From: an uncultured Bacteroidales bacterium
Lineage (GTDB): Bacteria > Bacteroidota > Bacteroidia > Bacteroidales > VadinHA17
Length of the DNA: 64,000 bases
Direction: 5' to 3'
Assembly: GCA_963701745.1 (NCBI GenBank)
Contig: CAVPBE010000001.1
Span: forward strand, 662,183-726,182
Below are positions 62,803 through 64,000 of this stretch, one piece after another. Both the position numbers and the translations under genes were made by a program. The first letter of the stretch is position 1, and the number at the start of each line of letters is the position of its first letter. A model generated the notes under the pieces. That model searched no databases. It had not been told where the DNA came from and saw nothing but the letters and a program-made list of their open reading frames with translations.

Positions 62803-64000
62803 ATGCAAATTACTACAAAACTACGGCGTTTTACGCTGTTTTTGCTCAGTATGGTCCTTTCCTCAGGTATTCTCTTTGCCCAGGAAAGAACCGTAACCGG
62901 GAAAGTCACCGCTGAAGGCGAAGGAGCTATCCCGGGTGTTAACGTTACAGTTCAGGGGACGGTTGTCGGAGCAATGACAGGGATTGATGGGACCTACTCG
63001 TTAAGAGTACCAGGGCCATCATCAGTTCTTGTATTTTCATCAGTAGGCTACATAACCCAGACAATTACAGTCGGTTCCCAGACTACAATCGATGTCCTTC
63101 TGGTTTCCGATGTTCAGGCCCTGCAGGAGGTAATCGTTACAGGGTATACAACCCAGCGTAAAAGGGACCTGACCGGTTCCGTAGGCGTGGTTGAAACTGA
63201 CAAACTGAAAGCTGTTCCTACAGGTAACGTCAGTAACCAGCTGCAGGGACGCACATCAGGAGTCACAGTAATCGGTAACGGCCAGCCGGGATCGACATCC
63301 AAAGTAAGGATCAGGGGATTATCTTCTTTTGAGAACAATGACCCTTTGTATATCGTGGATGGGGTTCCTACCCAGGATATCTCGATGCTGAACCCTGCTG
63401 ATATTGAAGGGGTTTCAGTACTTAAAGATGCAGGAGCTGCTTCTGTTTACGGATCAAGAGCCTCAAACGGTGTAATTGTTGTTACAACCAGAAAAGGGAG
63501 CAAGGGCGTAAAAGTTACATATGATATGTATTATGGCATGCAGGACCCGGGCAAAGGACCGACAGCCAATCTGCTCAATACTCAGGAATATGCAAACCTG
63601 CAGTGGCTCGTTTACGACAATGACGGAACAGTTGAAACACACCCGATTTACGGACTTTCAACAAACGCAACTCCGACTCTTCCAGCATGGGCAGGAGATA
63701 CCGACTGGTACGATGCAATTACGAATTCTGCTCCAATGACAAGCCATGACATCTCCCTTTCGGGAGGTAATGAGAGTTCCAAGTTCTTTGCTGGAATAGG
63801 TGCATGGTCACAGGACGGGATTATTATTGAATCATTTGCCAAGAGATACACGGGGAGATTCAATTCTGAATTTACTTTCCTGAAGAACAGGGTTAAAATC
63901 GGAGAAAATTTTTCCGGATCGTACAGAAAGAGCCTCGGAGTAACAAACCTTGGTGAAGGCAGTCCAATTCAGATGGGACCATACAGGTCACAGCCAATTG
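62803..64000 (+). CDS. SusC/RagA-family TonB-linked outer-membrane protein, N-terminal part (3' end outside window)
   Basis: Not in the ORF track because it is open-ended. ATG is at 62803. It has a signal peptide (LLSMVLSSGILFAQE), a CarbopepD_reg-like domain (VTGKVTAEGEGAIPGVNVTVQGT), a plug (IRGLSSFENNDPLYIVDGVP; GAASVYGSRASNGVIVVTT) and the SusC-specific YGMQ region. Confidence 0.85.
   Translation, partial: MQITTKLRRFTLFLLSMVLSSGILFAQERTVTGKVTAEGEGAIPGVNVTVQGTVVGAMTGIDGTYSLRVPGPSSVLVFSSVGYITQTITVGSQTTIDVLLVSDVQALQEVIVTGYTTQRKRDLTGSVGVVETDKLKAVPTGNVSNQLQGRTSGVTVIGNGQPGSTSKVRIRGLSSFENNDPLYIVDGVPTQDISMLNPADIEGVSVLKDAGAASVYGSRASNGVIVVTTRKGSKGVKVTYDMYYGMQDPGKGPTANLLNTQEYANLQWLVYDNDGTVETHPIYGLSTNATPTLPAWAGDTDWYDAITNSAPMTSHDISLSGGNESSKFFAGIGAWSQDGIIIESFAKRYTGRFNSEFTFLKNRVKIGENFSGSYRKSLGVTNLGEGSPIQMGPYRSQPI

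Overview
This is a 64-kb chromosomal segment that looks like an anaerobic Bacteroidota genome. The evidence is a SusC-type TonB receptor, the parA-parB-DUF5683-mltD and DUF4290-murA arrangements typical of the phylum, a TPP riboswitch controlling a TonB receptor plus PnuC-like transporter, and hydF. Bases 1-38,000 are mostly housekeeping: partitioning, cell-wall enzymes, dnaJ-grpE, murA, an ABC-2 exporter, two tandem Kup K+ transporters, cstA, a GH51 arabinofuranosidase and ogt. Bases 38,000-64,000 are accessory-like. They hold the thiamine uptake unit, then a roughly 19-kb run of 12 co-directional minus-strand genes (41385-60141), preceded by an OmpR-type two-component system and a divergent SusC gene. 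That run mixes exported FG-GAP/UnbV (CRTAC1-like) lipoproteins, beta-propellers, CXXCH haem proteins and two orphan LivK-type binding proteins. It also encodes cytoplasmic enzymes: a type I-beta DAHP synthase, a Rid/chorismatase-like protein, a Cys-less asparagine-synthetase-like PP-loop enzyme and a radical SAM enzyme. I cannot match this composition to any characterised pathway, so it is my best candidate for an undescribed system. The second notable signal is a dispersed family of G/C-rich nested-palindrome elements, with at least 10 copies against an AT-rich background. They sit at gene boundaries, one lies in-frame inside the pnuC-like gene, and several inflate ORF N-termini in the supplied track. 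I found no rRNA, tRNA, CRISPR array, transposase or integrase. All family assignments come from motif recognition by eye, not database searches.
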